From an uncultured Nitrososphaerota archaeon (GTDB lineage Archaea; Thermoproteota; EX4484-205; JAAOZP01): a stretch of 64,000 nt of DNA. Location of the stretch: the NCBI GenBank assembly GCA_964416155.1, contig CAYQCW010000001.1, positions 128,001 through 192,000 of the forward strand, in the 5' to 3' direction. Position 1 is the stretch's first letter. Each line of letters begins with the position of its first letter. A program made the translations under genes and the position numbers. The notes under the pieces were generated by a model. That model searched no databases. It was not told the origin of the DNA and saw nothing but the letters and a program-made list of their open reading frames with translations. Shown here one piece after another: positions 50,514 to 60,186 of the stretch.

Positions 50514-51383
50514 TTATTTTTCAGAACTATTATTAAGCGTCTTATTCTCACGGTATAGCGTGGACTTGCACGGATTACCTGTTGAATAATGCTGTTTATC
50601 TCTTAAGTATTTAACAATGCTCTCGAAAATCTTCCTCCCATCTGCTCTTTCAGGAGGGGCCTTACCCCACTCCGGTAGCTGCCATCCGAAGAAAGCCCTT
50701 TCAGGATGCGGCATCATCCCCATGACATTCCCCTTCCTGCTGCAAATCCCGGCGATATCGTATGTTGAGCCATTAGGATTAAACGGGTATAGACCGTTAG
50801 CATCATCCCCGTTTGGAAGAACATATCTGAAGACAATCTGTCTATTCTTCTTAAGCTCTTCCAAATCCTCTTCTGACCGTGTGAGGAACCTTCCTTCAGC
50901 ATGCCCCACCGGTATTCTGAGAACCTCCCCCTTTTTCATCATCACAGTGAAAGGAGTCTCATTGTTTTCAACCCTTAGCCAGACCCATCTGCACTCATAC
51001 CTGGCTGAAGAATTGTCCGCAAGCGCTGCCGACGGGGTTTCGCTGACACCGTCTCCGGGCAGTATCCCGGCTTCAACGAGAACCTGGAAGCCGTTGCAGA
51101 CGCCGAGCACAAGCCTACCCTCATTTATAAATTTCTCAAGCTCCATCCTGAGCTTTGTCAGAACCCTTTTACCCCATACTGCTCCAGCCCTCACGTAGTC
51201 CCCGTATGAGAATCCCCCGGGGAAAACGACTAGATGATAGTCGAAAAGGCTTTTCTTCTCGAGTTGATTCATATGGATTATTTCAGCATTAACACCCACC
51301 TTCTCGAGAGCAATGCTTGTTTCAAGATCGCAATTCGTGCCGCCGGTCCTGAGGACGCAAGCCTTAAACCCGTCAAGGCTCAT
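50514..51383 (-). CDS. purQ: FGAM synthase glutaminase subunit
   Basis: GTNCD, PGGFSYGD, GVCNGFQ, HAEG, NPNGS, MMPHPER. Confidence 0.96.
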   Translation of the reverse strand: MSLDGFKACVLRTGGTNCDLETSIALEKVGVNAEIIHMNQLEKKSLFDYHLVVFPGGFSYGDYVRAGAVWGKRVLTKLRMELEKFINEGRLVLGVCNGFQVLVEAGILPGDGVSETPSAALADNSSARYECRWVWLRVENNETPFTVMMKKGEVLRIPVGHAEGRFLTRSEEDLEELKKNRQIVFRYVLPNGDDANGLYPFNPNGSTYDIAGICSRKGNVMGMMPHPERAFFGWQLPEWGKAPPERADGRKIFESIVKYLRDKQHYSTGNPCKSTLYRENKTLNNSSEK

Positions 51384-51384
51384 T

Positions 51385-53736
51385 TCAGTAACCCCTCCAG
51401 GCCTTCTTGATTTCCGACGTGCTTAACTCGCACACCTCTCTATTCAGATCAGTCATACGCAACCCGAAGCCTCTGGCTACTCTGCCAATCATGCTGAACG
51501 GTAGTCCTGAGAACAGTTCCTCAAACCTCCTCCACCGGGCTCCATCAACCTCAACGAGGAACCTTGATGTCGACTCTGAGAAAAGAACGTAGTCGCTCCT
51601 AGCCGTGTTTGAGGGGGCCTTGCGGAGATCTAACTCTATGCCCAGGTTTTTCGATGCGACTACCATCTCAGCCGCAGCCACTCCTAAACCACCCTCCGAG
51701 AGATCGTGACACGACAACACGAGTTTCTCGTCAACCGCCCGGATTAGAGAGTCGATCAGGCTCTTAGATAGCCTGGCATCCAGCTTAGGCACCTCTCCGC
51801 CGTCAACCCCTTTAAGCCTAAAGTATGCTGAGCCCCTCAGCTCCTCCCTGGTTAAGCCGATAATGTAAACAGGGTTCCCCTCCTCCTTAAGGCTTAAAGT
51901 AACCACGTTCCGGATGTCAGGAATTATCCCTACGCCTGTCACTAGTAGGGTTGGCCTCACTGAGCCCAGCGGCGACTCGTTGTAAAGACTATCCTTGCCT
52001 GAGATGAATGGTGTGTCTAAAGCTCTTGAGAAATCGTAGCAAGCCTCAGCAGCCCTCAGCAACCTACCCATGTTATCCTCGTTCTCGGGGCTTCCCCAGA
52101 CAAAGTTATCCAATATCGCGACCCTCCTCCCCCCGGCGGCAGCATTATTCCTTAAAGCCTCTTCTATAGAGGCTGCAGCCATCCAGTATGGGTCGGGGTA
52201 GAAAGGGTTTATTCCGCACGATATTACGATTCCCATCCAGGAATCTCTGAGGGGCTTTATCACCGCAGCGTCGCTCGGCCCAGCCTCCTCACCGTGAAGA
52301 GGCTTAACCACCGTGCATCCCCTCACCTCGTGATCATAGGTTCTGATAACATCCTCCTTACTCCTAATATTTGGGTCTGAGAGAAGAGTCAGAATCTCTT
52401 CGGCAAGGTCAACAGGCTCCTCTAAGTCAACCCTCGCTGGTGTGAGCAAAGGTATTTTCGCCCTCCTAGTAACCTTAGGAGGGTTGAACAGGAAGCCCAG
52501 GTCTAAGTCGCATACGACGGTTTTCCTCGTGAAAACCCTGACCCTGCCTGTTTCAACAAACCTTCCTACGACGCTTGCCTCGACATCCTCCTCGCCAAAT
52601 ATCTCCAGGACTCTTTCAAGGTTTTCCTCCGGCACTGAGAGAAGCATCCTCTCCTGCGATTCTGAAACCCATATCTCCCAGGGAGCCATGTCAGGAGCCT
52701 TCAGAGGAACCCTATCCAGCTCGACGTCAACACCTAGGCTTGACCTGTATGCCATTTCCCCTGCTGCACAGGATAATCCTCCCCCACCCAGGTCAGTTAT
52801 ACCCGTGGCAAGCCTCTCATCCCTTATTCTTATAATAGCTCTTCTAAGCCTCTCCTCCACTATCGGGTTCGGTATTTGAACAGCCGACCTCAACTCTTCA
52901 GCCTCCTCAGTAAGCTCAGCCGATGCGAACGTCACCCCGTGAATACCATCCCTGCCTGTTCTACCTCCCGCAAGAACAGCCAAATCCCCGTTGCGCGTGT
53001 TTTTCACGTAAGCAGCCTTGGGGAGAACCCCTATGCAGCCGCAGTACACGACAACGTTTCCAGTGTAACCCTTGTCGAAGATTACCGCTCCGGAGACATT
53101 GGGAACACCCATGTTGTTGCCGTAGCTGCCTATTCCGGCCACTACACCCCTATATATGTAGCGGGGATGCTTAACGCCAGGGGGGAGCTCCTCATACCTG
53201 GTGTCCAACGGGCCGAAACACAGTACGTCTGTTAAAGCAACCGGCTCACCCCATACTCCGAGAATATCCCTTATTACGCCTCCTACTCCGGTTGCGGCCC
53301 CTCCGAAAGGCTCTACCGCGGAAGGATGGTTATGCGTCTCAACCTTGGCAGCTATAGCATAACCCTTGTCGAAATCAATTATTCCAGCATTGTCCTCGAA
53401 CACTGAAATACACCAGTCCTTTTCCAGTTCCCTGGTCGACCTCATTATGTACGTCTTCAAAATACTGTTGATTAAACGACCATCGTCGATAGCAACATCG
53501 CCCTTGAAAACGTTGTGAAAACAGTGTTCAGACCATGTTTGGCCAATCATCTGGAGCTCAACATCCGTCAGGGGTCTGTCTCCGAAATACTGTTTTAAAT
53601 ACCTCATTCTCTCCAGACTCATGCTGAGCCCCATTTCCCTGCTTATCTCAAGAAGATCGTCATCGCTTGCTGAAGAAAGGCCTATAGTGTAAACCTCTAG
53701 ATCCCCATACGGCTTCTTCAGGAGCCCCGGCTGCAG
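51385..53736 (-). CDS. purL: FGAM synthase synthetase subunit; frame open 34 codons upstream of ATG 53634 to a CTG with SD
   Basis: WSEHC, ETHNHPS..PFGGAATGVGG, DLGGGG, SESQERM, SGKDS, HDLSEGG; start uncertain. Confidence 0.93.
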   Translation of the reverse strand: MQPGLLKKPYGDLEVYTIGLSSASDDDLLEISREMGLSMSLERMRYLKQYFGDRPLTDVELQMIGQTWSEHCFHNVFKGDVAIDDGRLINSILKTYIMRSTRELEKDWCISVFEDNAGIIDFDKGYAIAAKVETHNHPSAVEPFGGAATGVGGVIRDILGVWGEPVALTDVLCFGPLDTRYEELPPGVKHPRYIYRGVVAGIGSYGNNMGVPNVSGAVIFDKGYTGNVVVYCGCIGVLPKAAYVKNTRNGDLAVLAGGRTGRDGIHGVTFASAELTEEAEELRSAVQIPNPIVEERLRRAIIRIRDERLATGITDLGGGGLSCAAGEMAYRSSLGVDVELDRVPLKAPDMAPWEIWVSESQERMLLSVPEENLERVLEIFGEEDVEASVVGRFVETGRVRVFTRKTVVCDLDLGFLFNPPKVTRRAKIPLLTPARVDLEEPVDLAEEILTLLSDPNIRSKEDVIRTYDHEVRGCTVVKPLHGEEAGPSDAAVIKPLRDSWMGIVISCGINPFYPDPYWMAAASIEEALRNNAAAGGRRVAILDNFVWGSPENEDNMGRLLRAAEACYDFSRALDTPFISGKDSLYNESPLGSVRPTLLVTGVGIIPDIRNVVTLSLKEEGNPVYIIGLTREELRGSAYFRLKGVDGGEVPKLDARLSKSLIDSLIRAVDEKLVLSCHDLSEGGLGVAAAEMVVASKNLGIELDLRKAPSNTARSDYVLFSESTSRFLVEVDGARWRRFEELFSGLPFSMIGRVARGFGLRMTDLNREVCELSTSEIKKAWRGY

Positions 53737-53975
53737 GTCGAGAGCACCTCTACGCTGTAATCATCCTTAACGGGGTTGGCCAACAGTTTTCTACACATTT
53801 CCTCCGCAAGCCTTACTGCTTCTTCACGATCGTTAGATTCAACGTCAACAATATAGACTTTGCCGGTTTTAACCATAGTCACGGGGAAGCCGAGATCCCT
53901 TAGCGATTTAGCAGTCACATCGCCCTCAGGGTCGGAGTGACCCGGTTTAAGCTTAACTTCAACCCTCAGCCTCGT
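53718..53975 (-). CDS. purS: FGAM synthase PurS subunit; conserved N-terminus lies upstream of GTG 53918, apparent start ACG 53975
   Basis: (T)RLRVEVKLKPGHSDPEG..LRDLGF..CRKLLANPV. Confidence 0.9.
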   Translation of the reverse strand, partial: TRLRVEVKLKPGHSDPEGDVTAKSLRDLGFPVTMVKTGKVYIVDVESNDREEAVRLAEEMCRKLLANPVKDDYSVEVLSTCSRGS

Positions 53976-54400
53976 TTCTTCCTTTCCTCCTTAAGCCTCT
54001 CCGCGAGCCCAGGGTATTTCAGGGACAGTATTTCAACCGCCAGTATCGCAGCATTCTTCCAGTTGTCCACGCCGACAGCAGCAACCGGTATGCCTGGAGG
54101 CATCTGGACGATTGAAAGAAGCGCGTCTAGACCACCAAGCTTAACCTCCCTTGGAACACCGATCACGGGCTTAACGGTTTTAGACGCTATAACCCCGGGC
54201 AGGGCTGCTGAAAGACCAGCCACCGCGATAAACACTTCTGCATCACTGTTCTTAACGAAAGAGTCCAGCTCATCGGGATTCCGGTGGGCGGAGAGAACCC
54301 TGTAATCACAGTCAACATCAAATTCTTTCAAGAAGCCAACGATGTTTCTACCGAGCTCGTCATCAGACTTGCTCCCCACTATGACGGCAGCCTTAGCCAT
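53966..54400 (-). CDS. purE: N5-CAIR mutase / AIR carboxylase
   Basis: GSKSD, SAHRNP, AGLSAALPG, PVIGVP, SIVQMPPGIPVA. Confidence 0.96.
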   Translation of the reverse strand: MAKAAVIVGSKSDDELGRNIVGFLKEFDVDCDYRVLSAHRNPDELDSFVKNSDAEVFIAVAGLSAALPGVIASKTVKPVIGVPREVKLGGLDALLSIVQMPPGIPVAAVGVDNWKNAAILAVEILSLKYPGLAERLKEERKKRG

Positions 54401-54402
54401 TG

Positions 54403-54657
54403 TTAAGACCCCTCGTAGAACATTTGTTTCTCAGCGAAGTGCGTGACGACTTCATTACTCCCAGCCTCCTCTATATCCTTGTGGAACGCTACTGATAGGC
54501 CCAATTCTCCTCTGCCTACCGATATGAATACTGCTGGCCTAGACGTTTCTAGCAACTCTATTGGGCTAAGCCTCTTCTCAACCTCACTACTGTAGGAGGG
54601 GACACGTTCAATCAGGCTGATTCCCACATCAGGCTTCATTCTAACAGTCATTTTCAA
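54403..54657 (-). CDS. Hypothetical 84-aa protein inside the pur operon
   Basis: GGAGG SD, 4-nt overlap with purD stop, ends 2 nt before purE ATG. Confidence 0.6.
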   Translation of the reverse strand: MKMTVRMKPDVGISLIERVPSYSSEVEKRLSPIELLETSRPAVFISVGRGELGLSVAFHKDIEEAGSNEVVTHFAEKQMFYEGS

Positions 54658-56135
54658 CCAACCTCCTCCAATCCTTTTCCAGGTATCCAGATCATTCTCC
54701 TACCGAGAATCCCCTTTCTCTCCCTATATTTATATATTTCTCTCGCCATGTCGGCTAGCATTATCCTCCTCTCTAAAGACTTCTCAGAACCGATGTCACT
54801 CCTGTGGAAAAGCCCCCAGCCATCTGCAAAGCTAACCTTCGACGTAAGCCTCTCAGCAATGCTGCTTGCCTCAGGTATGGTTTCCGCAACGCCGAGACAC
54901 TCTACAAGCCTGGAACCGCCACTCTCTATGATTCCAGAGTCTTTCAAATCCGCTGAAGCCCAGAAAACCCCCTCCCCATAGTCGTGAACTAGCACAGGAT
55001 GGCCCTTTGCAAGATCCCTGCTCAACGGGTATCCGTGTGGCGAGACTGCTTTCACAACCGTGGCCTTCTCCTCAAACTCAATACTAACAGTGTTAAGCCT
55101 CTCGCTTATTATCGCCTCACATATTTCGACGATATCGGTCTTCAAAACGGCGAGGACGTTTAAAGCCTCAGGATCCCCAAGCCTAGAATACATTTCTATT
55201 ATCGTCGGCCCCCATATGGAGGTCAGCATCATCTGCCCGGCTACAACACCATGATATTTTCTCCCAGTTTCACGCTGAATAGCATCAACCATCATCCTAA
55301 CTATTTCAGCAGATTTCTCAACCTCCTCCTCAGTAAGTATAGACCTATCATCGTTAACACCCCATTTCAGATTCATGCCGCAACATATAGACCCCATTCC
55401 ACCCGTTTCAGGGCCAAGGTCGCCGTCGAAGGCATGCTTGTTATCTTGGACAGCGGGCATCGGCACTATCGTCCTACCGTCCGTGAAACATTGCAACGTA
55501 TACTCCGGCCCCCAGACCCTCTCCTCTATCAGTATTTTGAAATCCACGTCGCCGTAACCCTTCATGTAGTCCCTGTAGATGGATTCGACATGCTGCTTCT
55601 TCACCTTCTTCTTCTCTTCTTTCAAATAGACTTGGAAATCCTCTATCACTTTAACTCCTTTCCCACCTACCTGCCTAGCAGGCTTAAGCGCGACGCTCTC
55701 AGCATACTCTTCAACATACGGGGCAGCCTCATCGAACGTTCTGAACTTCTTATACCAGAGCCGCCCCGGAATCCCGTATTTCCACTGTAGATCCCTCATG
55801 CTCGCCTTCGACAACTCTATCTCAGCAACCTGCCTGTTCGCACCTATGCATGGAATACCTTTCTCCTCAAGAATGTCCGGAACACCGTGGAAATTAGGCT
55901 CCTCAGGACCTATGAAAACGAAGTTGACACCAGTCTTTAAAGCGTTCTTCAAAACCGTCTCAGCATCATTAGGATCCCCAACATAATACTCGCCACCACT
56001 TTTTTTAACAATCCTGCTTATACCCGGGTTGACGAGGTCAGAGAGGCAGTAGAGCCTGAGCGAGTAACTGCTTCTCGCGAAAGCCGCTGCTACGGCATGC
56101 TCCCTCCCGCCACCGCCAACCAGAAGAACCTTCAA
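54654..56135 (-). CDS. purD: Phosphoribosylamine-glycine ligase
   Basis: GGGGREH, IGPE, GGKGV, QDNK..GPETGGMG, RLGDPE; TTG 56135 preceded by GGAGGTG. Confidence 0.95.
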   Translation of the reverse strand: MKVLLVGGGGREHAVAAAFARSSYSLRLYCLSDLVNPGISRIVKKSGGEYYVGDPNDAETVLKNALKTGVNFVFIGPEEPNFHGVPDILEEKGIPCIGANRQVAEIELSKASMRDLQWKYGIPGRLWYKKFRTFDEAAPYVEEYAESVALKPARQVGGKGVKVIEDFQVYLKEEKKKVKKQHVESIYRDYMKGYGDVDFKILIEERVWGPEYTLQCFTDGRTIVPMPAVQDNKHAFDGDLGPETGGMGSICCGMNLKWGVNDDRSILTEEEVEKSAEIVRMMVDAIQRETGRKYHGVVAGQMMLTSIWGPTIIEMYSRLGDPEALNVLAVLKTDIVEICEAIISERLNTVSIEFEEKATVVKAVSPHGYPLSRDLAKGHPVLVHDYGEGVFWASADLKDSGIIESGGSRLVECLGVAETIPEASSIAERLTSKVSFADGWGLFHRSDIGSEKSLERRIMLADMAREIYKYRERKGILGRRMIWIPGKGLEEVG

Positions 56136-56139
56136 CCAG

Positions 56140-57453
56140 CTACACCTCCGGATAGACACAGTTGAAACAGCCTAGGCAAAGCTCATCCCCTTTTAATCCG
56201 ATCGCATCAATCAATCCCTCTATGCTGAGATACTTGAACGAATCTGCGCCAACAACCTCAGCGATCTTCTCTTCAGACAAGTGTCTCCCTATGAGCTCAT
56301 CCTCAGGCGGAACCTCAACGCCAAAGGGACAGTGGGAAACAATATGCGGGCTCCCTATTCTAACGTGTATCTCCTTAGCGCCCTTCTCCTTCATCAAGTA
56401 GACTATGTTCGCAAGCGTGTTACCCCTTACGACGCTGTCGTCAATCAGCACAACCCTCTTACCTCTAACAGCCTCGCTTATCACGTTCAGCTTAAGCTGA
56501 ACACCCTTGAGTCTTTCAAACTGATCCGGTCTCAGAGCACTCCTAACCCTCCTGCCAGTAAGCTCAAAACCCTTCTCTATAGGAATACCTGTCTCGTTAG
56601 AATATGCCATTGCGAATGGTATTGCCGTCTCAGGAACACCTATCACCACGTCCGCGTCCACCCTGTCCTCCTCAGAAAGCCTCCTGCCTATGTTCCTCCT
56701 AACCCTGTATATCGGAATATCGTTAACATACGAGTCAGGCCTAGCCAAATACACGTATTCAAAGCTGCAGTAGGCCCTGCCTGATGAATCACCACCCTTA
56801 ACCAAGCGTGCTGAGAAGTGTGTGAAAACCATCGCGTCCCCAGCCTCAATGTTCTCCGCAGGGCTTATCGGAACCCTCTCGCCAATAACGTCCATCACGC
56901 AGCTCTCTGAAGCAACAATCCCGCCTTCAAACCCGAATTTGCCGAGCACGAGCGGCTTAACACCGAGGCTGCACCTTCCCGCAACCATCTCCATCCGGTG
57001 GTTCACAGCAATGTAGGTGAAGCCTCCCTTACAGTTGTCGAAAAACTCTTTAACAGTCTCTATTTCCCCCCTGGGCCCGACGAAGCTTGCGAAAGCCCTC
57101 CTCAGGTTACCCTCGTAGCTTAGCGAAGCATTCCAAGAATACCCCTCAACCCTAGTTATTCTGCCGTCTAAAGCCATTGAGACTTTCTCATTCAAGGCAA
57201 GAGGCTGAATATCCTCCTCGGCTTCAACAGGATACGGGGAAACCGCGCCCAGGCAGATATGCCCCTCAGTCCCTAAATGGCTTAAAACATCTTCAACCAA
57301 GCCTTTACCAGATATTCTCCGCCTAGCCTGCCCTATGAGCTCCAGTCCAGCCGTCTCCTGACCCCTGTGTTGTAGAGCCAGCAACCCGTATACTCCGAAG
57401 CTCCCAGCGTTCCACCTCTCGTCGAAAAGATATATTCCCAGTATCCCCGTCAT
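56140..57453 (-). CDS. purF: Amidophosphoribosyltransferase paralogue lacking the catalytic N-terminal Cys
   Basis: MTGILG start, LQHRGQE, CSFEYVYLARPDS, LIDDSVVRGNT, CLGC; HxRY and NG glutaminase motifs absent. Confidence 0.85.
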   Translation of the reverse strand: MTGILGIYLFDERWNAGSFGVYGLLALQHRGQETAGLELIGQARRRISGKGLVEDVLSHLGTEGHICLGAVSPYPVEAEEDIQPLALNEKVSMALDGRITRVEGYSWNASLSYEGNLRRAFASFVGPRGEIETVKEFFDNCKGGFTYIAVNHRMEMVAGRCSLGVKPLVLGKFGFEGGIVASESCVMDVIGERVPISPAENIEAGDAMVFTHFSARLVKGGDSSGRAYCSFEYVYLARPDSYVNDIPIYRVRRNIGRRLSEEDRVDADVVIGVPETAIPFAMAYSNETGIPIEKGFELTGRRVRSALRPDQFERLKGVQLKLNVISEAVRGKRVVLIDDSVVRGNTLANIVYLMKEKGAKEIHVRIGSPHIVSHCPFGVEVPPEDELIGRHLSEEKIAEVVGADSFKYLSIEGLIDAIGLKGDELCLGCFNCVYPEV

Positions 57454-58937
57454 GTAACTCCCCCCAGCCTCGTGAACTCATCCCTCTCATAGATCCTCCT
57501 CTCATCCCTAAAGTCTGTCGAAGCCTTGGCGGTGTCAGCCATCTTCTGAGTAAGCTCGGTCGGATACTTTCCTGTTACGCATGCTAGGCAAAGCTCGTTA
57601 ACACCCATTCCCGTGGCCCTGACATAGTCCTCCAGAGGCTGGTAGAAAACCCCGTCGGCACCAACCTGTTTCGCAATACCCTCCTCGTCAAACCTGAAGC
57701 CGATAAGCTCTGTGAAAGTAGCCATGTCAACACCGTAGAAACACGGGTGAGTTATCCTCGGGAAAGTTATGAAGAGAAAAACCTTCTCAGCGCCAGCCCT
57801 CCTAAGCTTCCTAACCACAGTCCTAGTGGTGTCACCCCTGACAATACTGTCGTCGACAACAATAACCTTCTTGCCCTTAAGCCTCCCGTCCATAATGTTC
57901 ACCTTCTTGTCAATCGTTGAAACCCTTTCACCGGGCTCGAGAATGAAAGCCCTCTGAGTAACATACCTGTGCCTCCTAAGAACTCTCTCCCATTTCAAGC
58001 CAGTCTCCTCATGCAGACCGTACGCAGCGTCCTCAGCCGTCTCAGGCATTGAAAGAATCACGTCAGACTTCTCAACAACATCCCTAAATCTCCTCCCCAG
58101 GTTTCTGCCAAACTCCTCCCTCACGCTGTAAACATACTTCCCGTTGAGCAGGGAATCCGGCCTAGCGAAGTAAGCATATTCAAAAGCGCAGAAAGCAGTC
58201 CTATCCTTCTTCACAAGCCTCTCCCTTTCAACACCATCCTTACTAAAGACAACAATCTCACCAGGCTTAACATCACTCGTAAACCTCAGCCCGTTAATGT
58301 CAAACCCAACAGTCTCAGAGGAGAAAGCATTAACCGCACCGTCCTCGCTAACCCCGATGCTGAGAGGCCTTATTCCAAGCGGGTCCCTGAAGGCGAAAAG
58401 CTCCCCGTTAGACCTCAGGCCCACGACAGAAAAGGCGCCTTCAACATCCCTCATGCAGCGCTCAACACCACTAACTAAACCTCCATCAACACTCATGACA
58501 AGGATTTTTGATAAAACAACCGCGTCACAGCCCGCTTCAAAACCCCCGGAAGCCTTCAGACGACTCCTAAGCTCATTAACGTTAACAATATTACCGTTGA
58601 AAGCGAAACCAATCTTCTCACTCCCGTGGGAAGATATTAGCGGCTGCGCATCATTCAGCCGAGAAGAGGAACCCCTATCCCCCGACGTGCCATACCTGAC
58701 GTGAGCAACTCCAACACTCCCCTGCAGAAAGCCACGCCACCTAGAATACCTCTCGCCAAAAACCTGTGGAACAAGGCCAACATTCACATGCCGCCTGAAA
58801 CCCTCCGCACACGTTAAAAAACCATAAGACTCATGACCCCGATGGTTCTGTGCCACAAGCCCCCAATATAAAAGGTCGAAAACACACCTGCCGCCTAAAC
58901 ACTTCGCCCCAAACACGCCGCAGCTCTCGGCAAGCAT
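57450..58937 (-). CDS. purF: Amidophosphoribosyltransferase
   Basis: Propeptide then CGVFG, HVRYGT, NGN, RDPLGIRPL, CAFEYAYFARPDS, VDDSIVRGDT, CLAC. Confidence 0.93.
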   Translation of the reverse strand: MLAESCGVFGAKCLGGRCVFDLLYWGLVAQNHRGHESYGFLTCAEGFRRHVNVGLVPQVFGERYSRWRGFLQGSVGVAHVRYGTSGDRGSSSRLNDAQPLISSHGSEKIGFAFNGNIVNVNELRSRLKASGGFEAGCDAVVLSKILVMSVDGGLVSGVERCMRDVEGAFSVVGLRSNGELFAFRDPLGIRPLSIGVSEDGAVNAFSSETVGFDINGLRFTSDVKPGEIVVFSKDGVERERLVKKDRTAFCAFEYAYFARPDSLLNGKYVYSVREEFGRNLGRRFRDVVEKSDVILSMPETAEDAAYGLHEETGLKWERVLRRHRYVTQRAFILEPGERVSTIDKKVNIMDGRLKGKKVIVVDDSIVRGDTTRTVVRKLRRAGAEKVFLFITFPRITHPCFYGVDMATFTELIGFRFDEEGIAKQVGADGVFYQPLEDYVRATGMGVNELCLACVTGKYPTELTQKMADTAKASTDFRDERRIYERDEFTRLGGVT

Positions 58938-59163
58938 TTACGGCAAAAAACATTTCCGGCAGGTATTTAAAAATTCGCTAACATGAACAAGTTAAATTAC
59001 CAAGTTTATGTTAAAAAACTCGAGGGATAGGCACAGTTTTGCAATATTCTACTTCCTGGTTCTCTGGAAGCGGGTTATAGTCATCCTGAGTGGAAAGCGG
59101 AATCCCAGTCGACAGGGAAAGCCAACAGCTCTTTAAGCGGAAATTAGCGCGGGCTATACCGAA

Positions 59164-59940
59164 CTACAAGGGTAGTGGAAGATGAACCTCGCCCCCGTAT
59201 CAGAAGAACGGTACGAACCTCTCTCCGTCGAAGCTAAGCGTCCCCGTTACAGTGCCATCTAACATGCGTAGAGGCACTAGGGTGGAGAGCCCTCCGCCCC
59301 TGGCTTTCCTTCCCTGAACCTCCTCAGCAGAGTATCCTCCCTAAACGGCATTGCTCTGCTATCCTCTAGCATGGCCATGCCGACTAGGGTTCCGTCAGGC
59401 AGGAAGTTGACGTGTCTCGCCCCAACTATCTTCTCACCCCCGATTCTTTCGATCAAAGTGTCTCCATTGAGCAACAACACTCTACCATCCTCCAGCTTTA
59501 CGAGAAATGCTGGGTTTCCGTTTAGCAGCCTGAAGAGGAAACTTCCCTCTAAAACTTTCATCCCATGGGCTTCATCTATAAGCTTGTCGCTGACGAAGGG
59601 AACTTGCCGGCCATCATCTAAGAAGACTCGCCTACCAAAATATTGCCAAAGAAGACTCTGTAGGAAACCCGCGCAGCCTTAAACTCCTTCCCGCCAATCC
59701 TATCTATCAGGATATCGTCCCTGAACAAGAGTTCTCGCTCGAACCCCTGAACCCAGAGCGCGCGCAAATTTATACCCTGTCGCATCCCACCTTCCGACGC
59801 AGTAGCCGTAATGCTTGCAGCACCACCGTAAGAAGCAGACTATCTGTTTTCCATGTTCCCGGCGTACCCTAGGCTAACACGCAAACTAGTAGTATGCTCG
59901 CTACCAGCAAAGAAACTGCTATAATAATGCCGGGGATCAT
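59164..59940 (-). pseudogene. Decayed membrane-anchored protein with about 43-aa tandem repeats
   Basis: ATG 59940 MIPGIIIAVSLLVASILLVCVLA*; repeats LFRDDILIDRIGGKEF / LDDGRQVPFVSDKLIDEAHG / LEDGRVLLLNGDTLIERIGG / LEDSRAMPFREDTL across frameshifts and stops. Confidence 0.65.
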
Positions 59941-60186
59941 TAAACTAGAGTTCTTTAAATCTTTCACGTGTACCACCTCCGCTTATAGGGGGTAATGGGT
60001 CATATATTGCGGAGGCCGATATCGATATATTTCACATTCGAAAAAGAACAATAGAATGCTCCAAAAAGAGGTCAAAAAATCCAATTCATCCCCATCTGCA
60101 GAATTTGGTTAAAACCTTGCTCAAGAATTTTGCTCGCGATAACGCTCCCATATGCCTTTTTCCATGGAGCATAAAATGGTGCCGCG

